NCBI RefSeq assembly: GCF_006345805.1
Contig: NC_043013.1
Location: 16,616,001-16,680,000, forward strand
Direction: 5' to 3'
Source: Octopus sinensis
Lineage: Eukaryota
DNA length: 64,000 nucleotides
Shown here: one piece after another, positions 62,747-64,000 of the stretch
Position numbering within the stretch: the stretch's first letter is position 1
Layout of the letters: each line of letters begins with the position of its first letter
The notes under the pieces: generated by a model
What the model was told of the DNA's origin: nothing
The model's database searches: none
Seen by the model: only the letters and a program-made list of their open reading frames with translations
Position numbers and translations under genes: made by a program

Positions 62747-64000
62747 CAGGGGTCTCCAAAGTACGGCCCGCCAAGGTTTTTGAACCGGCCCGCCAAGCTG
62801 TCCTCTAAAATTATAAAACAAATGTCGAAAAACAAGCCTTGCCGAAATCATACAAAAACAAATATACTTTACACCCCTTTTAATACGTTTGACAAATATA
62901 GTACAGCAAATAGACGCAAGACGACGCTAATTGATTTGCCATCAATTAATGTCTTTAAATTGCGCCGGCGAATTAAAAATTTATACACTAAACTTTAGTG
63001 TAAATATAGGTTCTTTTCCACTCCCCCCGTTTTAACTGACCCATCAGAACCACCATAAAATGAATTAACTTCGCTATGGAGCTACCTATCATTCATCTTA
63101 GATAATAGGCGATTGTCAGTGAGATGGATGGTGCTGCTTACAATGAAGCAGAGATTCAATTTCTAGCTTTATTGATGTCGCAGAAAAGTCAACCTATTCC
63201 GTCAACTGTCGAGAGAGCAGATACGACAAGTATGACGTTAATAAAAGTCCCGTGCCTAGTATAATAAAAGAAGACAATATCGATTTATCGATGTTACCTA
63301 CATCTCACGAGCGATGAATAGAGAGGGTTGAGCCTGACGTTGTGTGGTGGTTTCTAATCCTGGTGCAGTCGCCAATCAGCGTGGAGTAAAGTTCGATGCG
63401 CATTCCGTCAGTCAGCACAGACTTGGCATTTTCGTTGTGCACAAGTGTGAGTCATTTGTCGTCGTCGCTGCCGAAGTGAATGCACGTATCGAGTGACCTG
63501 TGAATATTGTTTTTACTTGTTTCGTCCTTTTACATATATCGTCGAGCAAAATCTGTCGACCCATGGTAAAAATGTCAGCTCAAGGAAGAAAACGAAAAAT
63601 CGACTCTGAGTGTAGAGTTTTTAAGGAACAATGGAACATAGACTATTTTGTCATAGAGTCAAACAACAAGGCACTATGCATTATATGCACCGACACAATT
63701 GCAGTACTTAAAGAGTACAATATTCGGAGACATTATGAAAAAAAGCATTCATCACAGTACTACCAATTCATTGGACAGCTACGTAAAGAGAAATTTGACA
63801 AATTAAAGAAGAATTTATCATCAATGCAGTTTGTTTTCAAGAAGAAGGCTGTAGAAAAAGAGAGAGCAACAAGAGCAAGCTTCCATGTTGCTAACCTTTT
63901 GGCGAAGAAAGGTAAGCCATTTACAGATGGTGAACTTATTAAAAAGTGCTTGAATGAGGTAGCTAAGGAAATGTGTCCAGAAAACGTAGATTTATTTTCC
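62747..64000 (+). mobile_element. 5' part of a hAT (Charlie/SPIN-type) DNA transposon
   Basis: Left end CAGGGGTCTCCAAAGTACGGCCCGCC, typical of Charlie-group termini, preceded by CCCTAAGC (candidate 8-bp TSD). The transposase ORF lies downstream. Confidence 0.85.
63563..64000 (+). CDS. hAT transposase N-terminus (SPIN/GTF2IRD2-like, BED-type zinc finger), open to the window end
   Basis: MVKMSAQGRKRKIDSECRVFKEQWNIDYFVIESNNKALCIICTDTIAVLKEYNIRRHYEKKH...AKKGKPFTDGELIKKCL: 146 codons with no stop. Missing from the ORF track, presumably because no stop falls inside the window. Confidence 0.88.
   Translation, partial: MVKMSAQGRKRKIDSECRVFKEQWNIDYFVIESNNKALCIICTDTIAVLKEYNIRRHYEKKHSSQYYQFIGQLRKEKFDKLKKNLSSMQFVFKKKAVEKERATRASFHVANLLAKKGKPFTDGELIKKCLNEVAKEMCPENVDLFS

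Overview
AT-rich, microsatellite-dense eukaryotic DNA with no host protein-coding gene I can recognise. The SINE repertoire and TTAGGG repeat look like an octopus (cephalopod) genome; this is pattern recognition, not a database result. Nearly all listed ORFs are translations of microsatellites. The window holds: (1) an ~8.8-kb (TTAGGG)n array (29115-37917), a 100-N gap, then an inverted (CCCTAA)n stub, with both array ends joined to unrelated flanks by the same ~57-bp inverted junction sequence; (2) about 16 type I hammerhead-ribozyme motifs in about 8 unrelated sequence families, arranged like Penelope-element/retrozyme repeats, including a 482-nt unit bounded by two predicted cleavage sites (57030-57511); (3) four R4/Dong-clade retrotransposon copies next to ATA/ATG-type microsatellites, one near full length but decayed (58803-62606); (4) the 5' end of a SPIN/Charlie-type hAT transposon with an open transposase frame running off the window end; (5) many tRNA-derived SINEs, non-autonomous Helitrons, mariner/maT/Tigger relics, RTE, Tx1/L1 and CRE fragments, and foldback elements. 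All structures were read by eye and coordinates of decayed elements are approximate.
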